In this document: piece after piece, positions 62,688-64,000 of the stretch
How positions within the stretch are numbered: the first letter of the stretch is position 1
How the letters are laid out: each line of letters opens with the position of its first letter
Assembly (NCBI GenBank): GCA_963804885.1
Contig: CAWDSF010000019.1
Coordinates: 19,215-83,214, forward strand
Direction of reading: 5' to 3'
Source: an uncultured beta proteobacterium
GTDB lineage: Bacteria; Pseudomonadota; Gammaproteobacteria; Burkholderiales; SG8-41
Length of the DNA stretch: 64,000 bases
Notes under the pieces: generated by a model
Database searches by the model: none
What the model was told of the DNA's origin: nothing
What the model saw: only the letters and a program-made list of their open reading frames with translations
Program-made: the position numbers and the translations under genes

Positions 62688-63610
62688 CTACTGCGCCAGG
62701 ATGTCGTGCAGTTCGAGCGGACTGGCCTGCGCCGCGAACCATTCCTGGCGCGCCGCCGCGCGCCGCAGGCCGCGTTCGTCGAGCGGCAGCTTGCAGCGCT
62801 CCGAGCAGCGTGTCGACCTCCTGCCGCGCGGTGACGTGCGACAGGCTCGGCCGCGTGCCGAGCGTGGCCTCGGTCCAGATCGTCGAGCGCGGTCAGCCCG
62901 CGCGGATAGAACTCGCGGAAAATCACCCGCTCGGCGAAGCCGTCGGTGGCGCGGAAGCCGAGCCGCAGCGACAGCTCCTGCAACCCCTCGCCCACCAGGC
63001 GCTTGTTGCGCGAGCCGAGCATCGACAGACGGTTGCGCACCACGACCCAGTCGATGGTGGCATGGTCGACCACCCGGCGCTGGCGGCGCGCCTCGCGCAC
63101 CATGTCCGCGAAGTGACTGGTTCCGGTCACCGCGAAGGTCACCGGATCGACGGTGCCGAGCACGTCGAAATCGACAAAGCTGTCGTTGAGCGGCGTGATC
63201 AGCGTGTCCGCCATCGAATGCGCGAGCCGCATCAGATAGCTGTCGTTGCCCGGCGTATCGATGACGACGAAATCATGGGTGTGCTCGACCGCGTCGATGG
63301 CGGCGGCAAAGCTGTTGAACTCGGCCGCCTCGTTGTCGGCGACCAGCGCGCCGTCGGCGCGCGCGATGCAGTAATGCGACGGCATTGCGAGATCGAGCCC
63401 GGCGTGCTTGGCCCAGGCGCGGCGGTTGTCGATGTAGTGGGTGAAGCTTTGCTGGCGGCAGTCGAGGTCGATCGTGGCGACGCGCTGGCCGGCCTTCAGC
63501 AGCGCGACCGCAACGTGCATGGCGATTGTCGATTTGCCCGATCCGCCCTTTTCGTTGCCGAGGACGACGCAATAGGCGGAGCGCGGCCGCACGCTACTCT
63601 CAACCGACAT
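62688..63610 (-). pseudogene. mipZ: MipZ division-plane positioning ATPase (copy adjacent to panC); frame changes near the 3' end
   Basis: MSVESSVRPRSAYCVVLGNEKGGSGKSTIAMHVAVALLKAGQRVATIDLD...VIDTPGNDSYLMRLAHSMADTLITPLNDSFVDFDVLGTVDPVTFAVTG...WVVVRNRLSMLGSRNKRLV (ORF 62615-63622). The tail ...PLELHDILAQ-TAG at 62688-62690 is by hand translation. Confidence 0.85.
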
Positions 63611-63695
63611 GGCACCCCTCACGGGGCCAAGTCATCGGAAGCTGCCCCCGCTTGCGGGCAAGCTTAGCACGTGTTTTCGATAGGTTTACGACTAA

Positions 63696-64000
<305 letters not shown>

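Overview
GC-rich alphaproteobacterial chromosome segment. Gene content and order look like Bradyrhizobiaceae/Nitrobacteraceae core genome: smpB-dapA-slt; gatB; gatC-gatA; ruvX; pyrB-pyrC-plsY-dprA-topA-rnr; rpmG; divK-pleD; dinB; azlCD x2; clpS-clpA; phasin; mipZ-panC. This assignment is inferred from protein segments I recognise; no search was run. I can support about 60 protein genes, one tRNA-Ser(GCU), several hairpin terminators and three kinds of short repeat. I saw no rRNA, CRISPR array, IS/transposase, integrase, phage gene or recognisable defence island. Main caveat: many housekeeping genes (gatB, gatA, topA, rnr, pyrB, pyrC, plsY, dprA, clpA, pleD, dinB and others) cannot be translated as written. 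Their recognisable pieces sit in different frames of the ORF track, so I list them as pseudogenes in the literal sense. The frame changes are patchy (clean blocks alternate with heavily affected ones). In gatB, gatA and topA they all go the same way, equivalent to one extra base, so I read them as sequence or consensus error rather than gene decay. I found no convincing new multi-gene system. Points worth a second look: the directional frameshift pattern; two MipZ-family ATPases; a VWA plus J-domain membrane protein pair beside mipZ-panC; a leaderless copy of a ModA-like binding protein in an orphan binding-protein/patatin cluster; two tandem 76-bp palindromic elements with compensatory arm changes; inverted heptamer arrays beside tRNA-Ser; decayed paralogue relics (methyltransferase tail, TadG-like gene); and a 19-codon Lys/Arg-rich ORF with a strong Shine-Dalgarno. 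Coordinates read from raw sequence may be off by 1-2 nt, and the ends of frameshifted genes are approximate.
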